Numbered from the stretch's first letter, positions 37,753 to 52,727 are shown. The stretch: DNA of 64,000 nt from Octopus vulgaris (GCA_951406725.2 OX597814.1:130386001-130450000); one strand, 5' to 3'. Notes: generated by a model not told the origin, from the letters alone. Program-made: numbers and translations.

Positions 37753-37886
37753 TTACAGGGTAAATGTTTTTTTAAATTTTCTCCTGGTTTACGGAATTAA
37801 TATTGTTTTGCGGTTGAAGCCTTGCTGCTATTTCTAGTGGGTTGAACGGCCTATTATGGCCGTTCCTTAATTTTGCTATATATATA

Positions 37887-37975
<89 letters not shown>

Positions 37976-37976
37976 G

Positions 37977-38011
<35 letters not shown>

Positions 38012-38052
38012 GTATATATATATATGTATATATATATATATGTATATATATG

Positions 38053-38083
<31 letters not shown>

Positions 38084-38126
38084 GTATGTATATATATATA
38101 TATGTATGTATATAGATATATGTATG

Positions 38127-38193
<67 letters not shown>

Positions 38194-38376
38194 ATATATA
38201 TATATATATGTATGTATATATATATATATTTATATATATATATGTATATATATATGTATGTATATATATATATATATTTATATATATGTATGTATATATA
38301 TATATATGTATATGTATATATATATGTATGTATATATATATTTATATATATGTATGTATATATATATTTACATATA

Positions 38377-38444
<68 letters not shown>

Positions 38445-38632
38445 TAATCCAAACATGAAAACACAAAGAGAAAACACGACAACGCGAGGACGTGGAACAA
38501 GTGTAGTGTTATTGAACGCTCAGGAAAGGAAAGAAAGAAGGGGGATTTAACGTTTCGAGCGGAGCTCTTCGCCAGAAACATAGGAAAAGAAAAGATCCAA
38601 TGAAGGGAAGACGGAGAAAGAAATCGCGGTCA
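38445..38632 (-). mobile_element. Penelope-pLTR-like fragment with minimal hammerhead-like motif (38545-38579)
   Basis: TTT-CTGGCGA-A-GAGC(TCC)GCTC-GAAAC-GTT-AAA; related to 659-850. Confidence 0.55.
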
Positions 38633-38841
38633 TATATATGTATATGTATTTATATACATATATATGTATATGTATATATATACATATATATGTATATATA
38701 TACATAGATATGTATATATATATATAAATACATATATATGTATATATATACATATATATGTATATATATACATATATATGTATATATATACATATATATG
38801 TATATATATACATATATATACATATACATACATATATATAC

Positions 38842-38939
<98 letters not shown>

Positions 38940-39110
38940 GTGCGTGAGTGTTCCCCGCCATCGCTTGACAACAGATGCTGGTGTGTCTGCGTCCACGTAA
39001 CCTAGCAGTTCGGCAAAAGAATACGTAGTTAGACTTATAAAAAATAAGTCATTCGGTTGATTTCTATGACTAAAACCCTTTAAGGTGGTGCTCCAGCGAG
39101 TAAAGGAATA
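38940..39110 (+). mobile_element. SINE family A 3' half
   Basis: CGCTTGACAAC...TTCGGCAAAAGA...GGTGGTGCTCCAGC. Confidence 0.7.
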
Positions 39111-39501
39111 AAAGAATATACCTCTACGGTGAGTCATTCTGATATATTACAGCTTTGGACTGCTCTGACCCCCGTCAGTCCAAACGAAAGTGTTATATTA
39201 CTGTTATTGAACATTTTTATTGCAAGTTAGCAACGTTACACTCACCGACCTGGTGTGCTTTATTGCTTCCAGTTAACTGTCCATCAATTTGTTTAATGTA
39301 TCGCAATACAACATAGCTCATTTGATTTGGGTGTAAAACAGTCAAGTATTTGTGGGTTTCGCCGTCAGATGCATATGGTCAACAACCTTCTACAGAGAAT
39401 TCTTCCGGCATTAATAATACAAATTCACCGTGTTATTAAACGGCTGCCTAATCTATTCATTCTATTTAATCTATATTTATCAAATATATAAGACTAATTG
39501 T

Positions 39502-39765
39502 GGAGGCGCAATGGCCCAGCGGACTTGCGTTCGGTGGATCGCGGTTTCGATTCCCAGACCGGCGTTGTGTGTATTTATTGAGCGAAAACACCTAAAAGCT
39601 CCACGAGGCTCTGGCAGGGGTGGTGGCGACCCCCGTTGTACTCTTTCGCCCCCAACTTTCTCTCACTCTTTCTTCCTGTTTCTTGAGTGACGCTGCGATG
39701 GACTGGCATCCCGTCCAGCTGGGGAGAACACATTCGGGGCCCATGAGCCTGGCTAGTCTTTAAAA
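39502..39765 (+). mobile_element. SINE family C
   Basis: GGAGGCGCAATGGCCCAG...GGTTTCGATTCCC head. Confidence 0.85.
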
Positions 39766-40487
39766 CGGCGCATAAATAAAATAAGAATATTTATTTATAA
39801 TTTGGCAAAAAGTCAGTGAGTTTGGGAAGGGCGATAATTTGTTTAGTAAATCGACTTCAGTACACGGCCAGGAATTATCATTCGACCCTGGAAGAATGAA
39901 AAGCATTTGTGAGGTTGAACTGCATAAAGTAAAGTGACATAGCTTGGTGTAGCTAATTTGATCCATCGTTCCATAGATACTGCTCTCTGTCGCTCTGAAG
40001 CAAGTGAAAGTAGTGAAATGTAAACACTGAAGCTATTTCCCACTATGTCCCTTTGTTTGAAATTGATTTGAAACTATTCAAAGGCTGTGATCTAACAGAA
40101 TTATGGTCAATACATTTCATTACGACCATCATTCGTAATTCTTCGAGCTACAATGTATCCAGAGATTACGACATTCAGTATCGCCTTTGACGGAGATTTA
40201 GTTGCTATTTCTACCACGTCACATAGCGACAGTGTAGAGCCTCGTTCCAGCATATTCATGTCGTGTTATTATATTTAGGCTGTACGGAAAGAAGCCATAA
40301 TTATTTGGCATCTGGTCAAATAGGAACTAGAGAAATAGAGAACAATAGCAGAAAATAGTAAATTCTCAAAACGAATATATATGCATACATACATATGTAT
40401 GTATGTATGAATATATGTATATATATATAGACACACATATACATCTATATATATACCACATATGCATAAATATATATACATATATGT

Positions 40488-40518
<31 letters not shown>

Positions 40519-40641
40519 CGTATATAAATATATATAAATATATATATAGATATATACGCACATATATATAAATATATACGTATACATACATATATATACA
40601 TATACACATATATATATACATATATACATATATATATACAT

Positions 40642-40690
<49 letters not shown>

Positions 40691-40880
40691 TATATATACA
40701 TATATAAATACATATAGATACACAGTTATATGTATATACATATAGATGCATATATATATACACATTTACATATATATATATACACACACGCATATATATA
40801 CATATATATATACATACACATATATATGCATATATAAATATACATATATATGTACATACATAAATATGGATACATATATA

Positions 40881-40935
<55 letters not shown>

Positions 40936-41080
40936 ATCAAAAAAAACCATATTATATTATTAATAGGCATATATATATATATATATATATTAATATATAC
41001 ATATATATATACATATATATTCACACACACATGCATATACATATACATGTTGTATGTATATACAATGCACACACGCGTGC

Positions 41081-41155
<75 letters not shown>

Positions 41156-41641
41156 TGTGTGTATGTATGTATTTGAACTGTGATGCCAATAATTATGTAA
41201 GATTTCCTCGAGTGCAAACAGATTGATATGGACAATTTTGAATGTTATTAATATCCGAGTGTATAAGTATATATTGCTATATTGAGGAAATATAAGTTTG
41301 CGTTTATGGAAATATTTGAAATCTCACATGTTTCACAACAATATTGAAAGCAAGTAAGTTGTAATCAAGTACCAACGAATGGTTTTTCAATGAGGTAGGT
41401 GGTATAATCAAGTTAAATTGACGTCTGTATATTATTAGCGAGAGTGCACTCGACCGGGTCGATAGATAAACGAACAATCTACAGATAGTTCTGCAGTTCA
41501 CATCCTTTGCTGGTAGTCAAATTTAAGACCCGTCTAATTCAGTCCACCAAAAATTTGGTTAGAACAACTTGCCGTTGTAAGTAGCTACAGGAATCTTGTT
41601 AAATTCCTTGCTACCAATATTAGAAAAAAATAATAAATGAG

Positions 41642-41886
41642 CCTTCTTTAAAGCCTAGCCAGGCTCATGGGCCCGGTTTCCCGGTTTCTATGGCGTATGT
41701 GTTCCTCAGCTGGACGGGACGCCAGTCTACCGCAGCGTTACTCATTTTTGCCAGCTGAGTGGACTGGAGCAACGTGAAATGAAGTGTTTTGCTCAAAAAC
41801 ACAACACGTCGCCCGGTCTAGGAATCGAAACCACAATCTTACGATCATGATGCTGACACCCTAACCATTAAGCCATGCGCCTCCAC
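41642..41886 (-). mobile_element. SINE family C variant
   Basis: Minus head GGAGGCGCATGGCTTAATGGTTAGGG...GGTTTCGATTCC; tail shared with the 48209 copy. Confidence 0.85.
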
Positions 41887-42197
41887 ATAACCACTATTAT
41901 GATCAGATATTTACAAAAACTTGTAATTTTGCTGCTGCTGACGATCGCATTCATTTTTGTTGAAGTTAATATTAAAAACGTTATATCAGGGGAGAAAATT
42001 TTAAATACCTCACCTGGTTGGAAGAAATTAACAAGATCCAGTTACAGCACAGTAGAATTACCAGGTGGCCAGTTAGTTTGCAGTGTTAAATTTAACTCTT
42101 CCATTGTGGCTGGAGAGGAAGGAACTCTAGAGTTCTGAATCATTTTAGAATGTTTGCCCGTATTGGTGCGCTTCTTCATTGGATTTGGTTGACGATT

Positions 42198-42377
42198 AGG
42201 CGTAAGGGTGGCTGTCTGGTAAGTAGCTTACTTACGAACCACATGGTTCCGGGTTCAGCCCCACTGCGTGGCACTTTGGGCAAGTATCTTCTACTATAGC
42301 CTCGAGCCGACCAAAGCCTTGTGAGTGGATTTGGTAGACGGAAACTGAAAGAAGCTCGTTGTATGTATGTATGTATG

Positions 42378-42420
<43 letters not shown>

Positions 42421-42639
42421 ATGTTTGTGTTCTGTGTTTGTCCCACCAACATCGCTTGACAACCGATGCTGGTGTGTTTACGTCCCCGTAACTTAGCGAT
42501 TCGGCAAAAGAGACCGATAGATAAGTACTAGGCTTACAAAGAATAAGCCCTGGGGTTGATTTGCTCGACTAAAGGCGGTGCTCCAGTATGCCCACAGTCA
42601 AATGACTGAAATAAGTAAAAGAGTAAAACAGTAAAGAGA
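42198..42639 (+). mobile_element. SINE family A, full length
   Basis: Colinear with 1024-1480. Confidence 0.9.
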
Positions 42640-45600
42640 TTCTAATTGCTGGAAGACGCTTCAATAATAAGCAATGGCAGCTGTAAACCCTGATATATTC
42701 GAATAAGGCTCACCATAAAGGAGATTCCCGCAACATATCTAGTGCCAATATAAAATGTTACATTCCATTTCTCTTCTGGGTGGAGAGAAACATCAACAAT
42801 ATGAAGGAGTTAGTTATATTACAAGAGCTGATATCGGTTTAATCCAAAACGACCCTCGTTTATAGGCCGCCCTCTTGCAGAAGTCACACTGCGAGTTATA
42901 TCACCATGGGTTTTTCTGAACAGAAAGATACCTAAGTTATTTCACTTAAGTCATCCGTCCCCAGAATAACGAAAGTGAGAGACAAAGTGCGATTCGAAAT
43001 GTAAAATCGACTTTGACGAGAATTGAAAGTACATCAAGTAAAGGGAAATAACTAGGTGTTGTAGATAATTCGATCTGTTGTTCTACCGATACTGCTCTCT
43101 ACAGCTTCGAAGCAAATGAAAGAAACGAAATATTTCAACATTAATAGTTTATTTCGATTCAGCAAACGGCATTGTAGTTTAGAAGTAATTAAAAATGGGA
43201 AACTGTGATGTTCATATTTTTCGAAGGCTAAACATGTAATTGGTGGAACTTCGTCGGAGGCTTTCCCTGGCGACTAAACTCATTATTCTTTTGAAGCTCT
43301 TTATTATTTCAACAACACCGATAAACAGGTCAATACTTTCCTCGATTTTTAACCTCATCATAAGAAGAAAAATGTTTTAATATTTACACTTACACAAAAT
43401 TCATATCCACACAATGAAATTTACATCTATAAGGGTTTGTATGAGTGTATCCTCACAGTTAATATTTACACCTAGGCGATATTTACATTTATAATGCAAA
43501 TGTAAATATTTAAATTGTTTCATCTTTGAAGATGAGGTTAATACGTTCGAACAACGATAATTGTATTAACAATAATTCCTCTGAGTCATTTAAGCATTTA
43601 GAGTGTTAATGTTTGCTACTGAGGCACAATTATTGGCTGAGACGATTGACACCTTCTTTTCGGTATCCCTTCCTATTCTATTAGAAAGAAAAAAAGGTTA
43701 GTCATTATTTTATGTAACTCCCTACGAGATTGAAATACAATTAGAGTCCTTTGAAGAATGAATTTATTTGCTCGGACTATAACACACAAACCAATCCAAA
43801 GAGACATTCTTCAGCTACACATCAGTATTATTATCGTTTCATTGTATTAAAAGCGATGGACGGCAGATTAGTAGAATCGTTAAAGTATCAGACAAACTGC
43901 TTTGAAATATTTCTTCCGATTTGCGCTCCAATCTCGCTAAGGATAATTTTTGCCTTTCACCCCTTCGAGATCAATAAAATAAAGTATAATTCAAGCACTG
44001 GGGTAGATGGTATCGTCTAACTCCATACCCTCTTATCTGGCTTTGTTCCTAAATCAAAAACAGTTATTTTACATTTGGTGTGTTGGAAGAAATATACCAT
44101 GCGGAAGAACTTTTTTTGTTCCCTGTGTTCTGGTTTCAAATCCTATGAGGCTAATTTTGACTTTCCTCTCTTCAAGGATGATGAAATAAAGTATCAGTCA
44201 AGTACTGAGTCGAAGGTATCGATACTTCCCATCCCTTCTAAATTTCCAGCCGCAATAAAACAGAAACAATTATTTTATTATATTAAGTAGTCACGGAGTT
44301 CTACTCTACTGCTGTTTTCATTTAGAGGCAGGAGATCCCCGATTAAAAATATTCCAGTCGCAAACAACCAGAATACAGTAAACAACCAATGAACAGTATA
44401 TCCATGGCGATATTATCAAATTTAACTGTATTATCTTTTTTTGGTGCCTATAAATATTTGCTGATGTTTCTAGCAAATTGGAAGACCCAGTAAATTAGCC
44501 ACATGAATTAACTAACATAAAACGAGCCAATGGGAGAGGCTGATTTTCATTAGTTCGCCCTGATGTTAATTTTAGGCTGTGTTTAAAGAAGCCTTTTAAT
44601 TAAGATGCTGTTCTTAATCTAAGAGTAAAAGGAGAACATCAGACAAAGGTGAAAACATGGCAGAGAATTAATCAAATAGATAATTAAAAGAAATCAATAG
44701 TTTTACCTTATAACTTGACCTACTTTGTATAATCAGCACGGCGGCGGATAATACTTGAGATAGACTGGAAGATTATCAGTTGGAGGTAGGACAGTTATTG
44801 ATGCTAATTAGGTTATGTCTGTCTGACTGTCTGCCTGCATATCCGAAAAAGATTTTCAGCAAAAAAAAAACAAACAACCAAAAAACAAAACAAAAAAACA
44901 AAACAAAAACAAAAACAAAATCCAGACAAAAAGAAAAACAAAGAAAGTACAAAGTAATTTTACGCTTTAAGGAAGAAACAGATCTGATTCGGTATGTACG
45001 AATGAGATGGAAGTGTTAGTGGTGGTGGCGGTGGCGAGAGAATCTCAGGGATGCCAGCTTCATTAAAACTTGTATGTATGTATGTATGTATGTATGTATG
45101 TATGTTAGTGTTTATGCATGAGTGTATGCATATGTGTGTGAGTATGAAGATCGTGTATATGCTTCTGCGTACGTATTTAAATATGTATGAGCGAAGCATC
45201 GATGTGATCCAAAAAGATTGAATGTGAAACTTAACATCTGGACATATGCAAACTGCCATTCTGTGAAAGATGTTTCAAGCTACATAAGCCTGCGATCCTC
45301 TTGGTTTATAAAGGAATTCTTGTTCTCGGTAACGAGGAGGTTATGTAATAGTATGAATTTGATCGAAGTTGTTTGTTGTGAGAATGGTCAGTTATTATAT
45401 TTCAGTAAGTCAACATTCATCCTACATCCCATATCCTATGTCGCAGTTGTTTGCTCGGTAGTCTGTGGATTCTCGTAACAAAAGAACTTGTAACGAATTG
45501 ATCCTCACTCTGAAAAACCTGCACCAGATAGTCTTTCCAGTTAACTATATTGCAACAACCCATGCACCCATGCATGTGTTTCCCCCCAAACGAGGGAAGC

Positions 45601-45710
45601 TTGATGTAGTCGTTTGAATATTGGAAATGACAGCTAAACTTTCTCCACATCACACACAACCCTCTTATATAAGGAAACGACACAAATAAAACCTATATAC
45701 TGTTAAAACC

Positions 45711-45896
45711 TATTTCTTTACTACCCACAAGGGGCCAAACACAGAGAGGACAAACAAACGGATTAATTCAATTATATCGACCTCAGTGCGTAACTGGTAC
45801 TTATCTAATCGACCCCGAACGGATGAAAGGCAAAGTCGACCTCGGCGGAATCTGAACTCAGAACGTAACGCCCGGCGTGCTAACGTTTTTGCCAGC
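45711..45896 (-). mobile_element. SINE family B with TSD CTGTTAAAACC
   Basis: Homology to family B; TSD at 45700-45710 and 45896-45906. Confidence 0.85.
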
Positions 45897-46469
45897 TGTT
45901 AAAACCACAAGATAATCTGGGTTGGGAAGGCTCTGATTTTAGATCTACCATCAAAGTACACATTTGACTTCTGACTATCATCTAATCGCACAGTATCCTC
46001 TCTCTCTACGGTCCACTCAGGTACAGTTAGCTAAATTACTGTGTCTCCTTCATCTCTATGCCGACTTCTCTTAGAAGTAATAGTGTTCCATTGGTGGCAC
46101 GTCGAGTCACTAAACAATGGAATTAACAGAAACCATCGCAGTATATATCACTCTGTCACGTATACAAAAAGCATCCACATATGCCAAAGAGGGATCTTCT
46201 ATGTGAAAAATAAGAAAGGAGCTCCTAAGCGATCTGCTAGAAATGGTACCTAAGTCACTTTCAAATCATACCAAACGCAATAAATAAATAAATAAAGACA
46301 TTAATGTAGTCTGATACGCACTTTCACACATTGGACTACGGCTACGGTGTCGAACAAATCAATCCTACGAACTAATTCTTTTAAAGTCTGGTGCTAACTT
46401 TCCCCGTCTCTTTTGCCAGACTGCTATGTTACGATGACATAAACTAATCAACACCGGTTTAGAAGCACA

Positions 46470-46524
<55 letters not shown>

Positions 46525-46842
46525 TATGCATGCATATATACATACACTCAACTGGTTGACATGAACAATACAGTGGGTATTTGTAGATAATTTGGTCTGC
46601 ATTTCTATAAATTGTTCGTCCTGGCATTAATTGTGTGCGTGTGTACTGTTTCCTAGGGTTTTATCGTATATCACTGATTTAGACTCGAGTGTTTGTAAAT
46701 TGGTGTAATTTGTGAAGCGTATTTGTAGATGATTTGATATCTGTTTTGTGCGTAACTTCTTTTGTGCTCGGGCTGTGTACGTCTAATATTAGTGCGTACG
46801 TATTTTACGTATATGTATGTGAAGGTATAGTTTGCATCATGC

Positions 46843-47115
46843 AACACCACACCACACACTACCACACACCACCACACCACACACCACACATCACCACACC
46901 ACACCGCAACACCATACCATCACACCACAACACACAATACACCACACAACACCACACCACACCACCACACCACATCGCACCATCCTGCGCACACTAGCAT
47001 TGACCACTTCCCAGCACCCACACCACACCACACGCCACCACACCACACCATGCCACATCCCACCACATCATACCACCCCGCATACACTAGCACTGACCAC
47101 TTCCAAGCACCCACT
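46843..47115. repeat. Degenerate (CACCA)n pentamer repeat
   Basis: Seen directly. Confidence 0.85.
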
Positions 47116-47284
47116 CCATCATACGCACACCTACACTTTCACACACCCAAACATGCACACATACGATCTCACATAAATAACGCACGCGCACCTTCGTTTT
47201 GGGATCACCACTATTTTATTATCTCCCCTAATTCATAGCTCTCCTGTCTGACCACCTCTGTCCAGTCATCGCCATAATCGCCCG

Positions 47285-47465
47285 CTAGTCACTAAACCTT
47301 TTTTTAAATTCTCTCTGTTTATTTTCTCGTGTTCCTTTCTGTTGAAAAGCTTAGGCTCGAAATGTAAAAGACTATCTCACCTTCCCGAGCGTTAAACTAA
47401 TATATCTGTTTGTTGTTTACACACCTGTCTTCGTCTTTTGTTGTTTTTTCTTGTAAATTCCAACT
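47285..47465 (+). mobile_element. Penelope-pLTR-like fragment with degenerate minimal hammerhead (47335-47370)
   Basis: Reverse-orientation homologue of 659-850. Confidence 0.55.
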
Positions 47466-48208
47466 ACATTTATGAATACATACATATACATACGCACGCC
47501 GAAAAAAGCTCTCTCTATCTCTCTCTCTCTTCCCCTTCGCCACACACGCGTCTATCAGCTATACATGATCATTATCATTTGATGGCGTTTTTAATATTAA
47601 ATTCAGTAAATTCAACTTATCTTAATTCAGCACAGATTAATTTATTAATACTGTTTCTTTGCAAGTGATAAACCAAGAGTTTGTAGACAACACAGAAATG
47701 ATAGTACCCAGCTAACAAATGAGTTGTTTAGCAAACACACAAAAACAACTAGATCATAGTGTTGAATATGCTCTCTTAACAAACAGTGTGTTTGTTGGCT
47801 ACGTAGAAGGCTTAACAATGAGTAGCTTTGTTAATTATATAAATGTAGGTAGCTTTTATTGTTGATGATACTCAATGAAGACGTTTGTTGTCAAGAAAAA
47901 TACGTACAGAAAGGAATGCGGAGTAAAAGGCAAGTCAATGAAAGTGCCTCTATATGGCCAAGCTAATCCCTCTCAAACTATACCCTATTGTTGCGAAAAG
48001 ATAAGTGGACAGCGAAATCAGGATATTCACAGGTAGATTAATTCTACTTGCTCATGCTGTCATCGGATAAACATTGAAACATATTAGATATATGTCGTGT
48101 TAAAATTAATCAAAAATCTGTATACAATCTACAACGAAAACAAGTTCAATTATCTTTCGGTTAAATAACGTTCTTAAACTGCCAAAAAAATTTTCGCACA
48201 TGTAAACG

Positions 48209-48514
48209 TCGCCCTTTTCAAGCCTAGCCAGGCTCATGGACCCGGTTTCCCAGTTTCTGTGGCGTATGTGTTCCCCCCAGCTGGACGGGGCGCAAGTCCA
48301 TCGCAGCGATACTCAAGAAACAGGAAGAGAGAGTGAGAGAAAGTTGTGGCGAAAGAGTACGACAGGTGTCGCCACCACCCCCTTCCAGAGCATCGTGGAA
48401 CTTTTTTATGGGTTTTCGCTCAATAAACACACACAACACCCGATCTGAGAATCGAAACTGCGATCCTCCGACCGCGAATCCGCTACCCTAACCACTGGGT
48501 CATTGCGCCTCCAC
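48209..48514 (-). mobile_element. SINE family C
   Basis: Homology to family C; TTCGCACATG duplicated on both flanks. Confidence 0.88.
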
Positions 48515-48558
48515 TTCGCACATGAAAGCGTAAGTAGAAAATATTTTGTGAAAAATGT

Positions 48559-49553
48559 TGGCTGTGTGATTGAGAAGGTCGCTTCGCAAACATATGGTTT
48601 CTGATTCAGTCCTGATGCTCGTCACCTTTGATAAGTGTCTTCTACTATATCCTCGGGCTTTGTGAGTGAATATGGTCGACAGAAACTGTACAATCCTGTT
48701 GTTTGTTTGTTTGTGTGTGTGTGTGTTTCTGTTTGTCCCTCACCACTTGACAATCGGTGTTGGTTTGTTTACGTCTGGTAACTTAGCGATCTGCAAAAAA
48801 AAAATTAAAAAATAAAAACGATAGAATACTAAAATGAGTTTGAAGTGTTCAATGAAACCAGGTATGGGCATCCTGTTATGAGAAGCGGACTGCATAAAAA
48901 CATGTCTCATCAAGCAGGAATTATTCTTTGTAAGCCTAGTACTTATTCTATCGGTCTCTTTTGCCGAACCGCTAAGTACTGGGACGTAAACACACCAGCA
49001 TCGGTTGTCAAGTGATGTTGGGTCTAATGACTGAAACCAATAAAAACGTATGTCTCGACACTAACTGAGCAAAGAAAGCACTACACTGTGTGTACATCCA
49101 TAGAATATTGAATAAAGGGTTCAGTAGATGCCTCTTCAACAGCAGTGGAGGTGACGGAGGTGGTGGAGAACGGCTTAGTATTAATGCTAAGGTTGAAAAA
49201 GTTTTCATTTTCCCATGTGGGTTTTTTATACACTTCTTGTGAGAAAAATTCAAAATTTTGAAGTGAGTGAGGGGTTCCACAACCGTTCTACGGCTTAGCT
49301 TTAAAATGGAACTTCTTCGACTCTAGGTTCATAATTTAGCTTGTAATTGTTTAACCGCAACTTAACCCTATTGATCAAATCTATGAATAACGGCATTCCA
49401 GCTTTGACCATCCCGCTTCTTTGCATATCTAGCACTAAATCATTCGTTGTGTTTTTTGCCGAACCGCTAAGTTACGGGGACGCATACACACTAGCATCGG
49501 TTGTCAAGTGATGTTGGGGGGACAAAGGCAGACACACAAACATATACACACAC

Positions 49554-49608
<55 letters not shown>

Positions 49609-49619
49609 TACGACGGGCT
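48559..49619. mobile_element. Cluster of SINE family A pieces: 48559-48830 (+), 48921-49023 (-), 49453-49619 (-)
   Basis: Homology to family A. Confidence 0.75.
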
Positions 49620-50119
49620 GTCGTTTCACTGTACGTCAACACTGATCGAATAGACCTTATGATCAAACGTGCTTCAACTATGACCATGCAATTAAATTTT
49701 CTGACAATGTTTGTAGGGGAACTGGTACTCCGTCGGCTACAAAGATGATGGTTTCAGTTGATCCCATTAACAGACCAGTCTGCTCGTAAAATTAACGAGC
49801 ATGTGGCTGAGAACTCCACAGACACGTGTACCCTTAACGTAGTCCGCAGGGAGATTCAGCTTATATAGGTTCTTATTCTTTATTATTGTTGTTTAATGCA
49901 ACATCTGTTCTGGTTAAGTGAGCTTCTACGAGTTGAAATGGCTGGATAACCACATCAGTGATTCAATTCAGCTGATGAGGTCACCGTTATTAATGCAGAG
50001 ATATATTTGCATATTCCAGCTGTCGTTTCACTGTACGTCAACACTGATCGAATAGACTTTATGACTGCCGTGCTCCAACTATGACCATCCAATTCAATTC
50101 TCTGACACTGTTTATAACG

Positions 50120-50432
50120 GAACTGGTACTCCGTCGGCTACAAAGACGATGGTTCCAGTTAATCTCATCAACAGACCAGTCTGCTCGCGAAATTAACGTG
50201 CATGTGGCTGAGAGCTCCACAGACACGTGTACTCTTAATGTAGTACTCAGGGAGATTCAGCGTGATACAGAGTGTGACAAGACTGGCCATTTGAAATACA
50301 GGTACTACTTATTTTTGCCAGCTGAGTGAACTGGAGCAACGTGAAATAAAGTGTCTTGCTCAAGGACACAATGCGCTGCCGAATTGAACTCACGATCTTA
50401 CGATTGTGAACCGAATACCGTAACCACTAAGC
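50120..50432 (-). mobile_element. SINE sharing the family C-variant core, with a different tail
   Basis: TTTTTGCCAGCTGAGTG..CTGGAGCAACGTGAAAT shared with 41745-41800. Confidence 0.7.
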
Positions 50433-50839
50433 CTGGCGTGCTAACGGGTCAACTAGTTTATAGACGACTTTCTTGTTAAATGTGAGATTTCTTTTGTTAA
50501 ACAGTAGAGTGTAATTTGAAAGGAAGTTAATTGTTATTCCTTGCACGTCCGGGGAGCTTGTGTAGGTACTTATTTTTATTATTGTTGTTTAAGTGAACTT
50601 ATGACCAAAGCTATAACCAGTCATAGACATCTCATTTATTTACTGATTTGTAGAACTAAAATCTGAAAAATATTTTTTCGTCGCGTTGAGGGATTTTGGC
50701 TGCCGTTTCTAACATGTCCAGGATTACACTGAGCAGTGGTAAGCAATGTTGATGTGCAGGACAAGTCCAGCATGCCAACCAAAATTCTTCCTAATGCAAC
50801 CACTAAATGCAATTTTTCTTACAATCTAATATGGGTTTT

Positions 50840-52050
50840 AGATTTTGGCACAAGGGCAATAATTTCTGGAGAAATGGGAAAGTCGATTATATCAATCCCA
50901 CTGCATAACTGCTACTTATTTTGTCGACCCCCAAGGGGATGAAAGGCAAAGTCGACCTCGGTGGAATTTGAACTCAGTACGTAGCGGCATACGAAATAAT
51001 GCTAAGCATTTAGCCGGGCGTGCTAACGATTCTGCCAGCTCGCCGCCTTTAAAAGGCAAAGTCGGATTCAGCGGCATTTGAACTCAGAACTTAAAGACAG
51101 ACGAAATACCCATTTCTTTACTACCCACAAGGGCTAAGCACAGAGAGGACAAACAAAGACAGTCATGAGAGGGGACCAGTCGATTATATCGAACCCAGTT
51201 CAAAACTGGTACTTATTTTATGGAACCTAAAAGAAGGAAAGGCAAAGTCAACTTCGGTGGAATTTGGACTCAGAGAATAAAGACTGACGAAATGCCACTT
51301 AGTATTTTACCCGGCGTGTTAGCGATTCAGCCGGTTGGCCGCTTTGTCTTATAATATTTTCTATTCTAGGTACAAGGCCCGAAACTTTTGGAGAGGGGGC
51401 CAGTCGATTATATCGACCCCAGTACGCATCTGGTACTTAATTTATCGACCTCATAAGTATGAAAGGCAAAGTCGACCTCGGCGGAATTTGAACTCAGAAC
51501 GTAGCGGCAGACGAAATACTGCTAAGCATTTAGCCGGGCGTGCTAACGATTCTTCCAGCTCGCCACCTTTAAAAGGCAAAGTCGGATTCAGCGGCATTTG
51601 AACTCAGAACATAAAGACAGACGAAATACCCATTTCTTTACTACCCACAGGGGCTAAGCACAGAGAGGACAAACAAAGACAGACAAACGGATTAAGTCGA
51701 TTATATCGACCCCAGTGCGTAACTGGTACTTATTTAATCGACCCCGAAAGGATGAAAGTCAAAGTCGACCTCGGCGGAATTTGAACTCAGAACGTAGCGG
51801 CAGACGAAATACCTATTTCTATTTCTTTACTACCCACAAGGGGCTAAACATAGGGAGGACAAACAACGACAGACAAACATATTACGTCGATTATATCGAC
51901 CCAAGTGCGTAACTGGTATTTAATTTATCGACCCCGAAAGGTTGAAAGGCAAAGTCGGCCTCGACGGAATTTGAACTCACAACGTAAAGACGGACGAAAT
52001 ACCGCTAAGCATTTCACCCGGCGTGCTAATGCTTCTGCCAGCTCGCTGCG
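50840..52050 (-). mobile_element. Head-to-tail array of about 7 SINE family B copies and fragments
   Basis: AAAGGCAAAGTCGACCTCGGCGGAATTTGAACTCAG-like block recurs at about 50942, 51052, 51238, 51462, 51572, 51755 and 51945. Confidence 0.85.
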
Positions 52051-52342
52051 TTTTCTTATAATATAGTTTACACTTTATCGTTAACTTCAACCAATATTTC
52101 AATATGCCGTTCTTGTACAAGTTCAGGGAAGCCTCTCGGCGTCTAATACTCTCAAAAGACTGTCAGCTCAGACGTGTTATCAAGCAACTCTAATCAAGCG
52201 ACGTAATATTTTCGTTGTGATTTAAGTTAAGAAAATTATATTAAGTGCATTAAATTTTTAAACATATTATTTAAATTTATGAAGTTATGTGTTCACACAA
52301 TTTTAAAATATTCGCGGTTAAATCTGAGTTTTAGATGCTAGC

Positions 52343-52727
52343 ACGGCTTGTGCGGTTAAGAAGCTAACTTTGCAATCACGTCGTTTCGGTTTCTGTTCCA
52401 CTGTACGACAGGGTGGGCAAATTTCTTCTACAATACAGCCAGCCCGACTAATGCTTTATGAATGAATTTGATAGCCGGAAACCGAGTGGAAGCCCGTTGT
52501 GTATAATATAACCGTTGGTGTGTCTTTGTGCCTGTATTTGTCACCATACACACCGCTCGACAACCATGTTTTGTTTGTTTACACTCTCGTAGCTTAGCGG
52601 TTTGGCCCAAAGACCGATAGAATAAGTATCAGATATTTGAAAACTGTTGTAAGTACTGCGAACGATTTGTTCCACTAAAACACAATATGACCGCAGTCCA
52701 TTGACTGAAATAAGTAAATGATAAAAA
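52343..52727 (+). mobile_element. Old SINE family A copy
   Basis: Diverged but colinear, including GACCGCAGTC..TGACTGAAA. Confidence 0.75.

Noticed and set aside
41300-42900. Possible decayed coding sequence or exon on the minus strand (CAG|GTGAG near 42012) interrupted by SINEs
   Set aside because: Stops in all frames and no recognisable protein motif.
49930-50035. CTGATGAG near 49973 as a hammerhead core
   Set aside because: No matching GAAA and NUH stems on the same strand.
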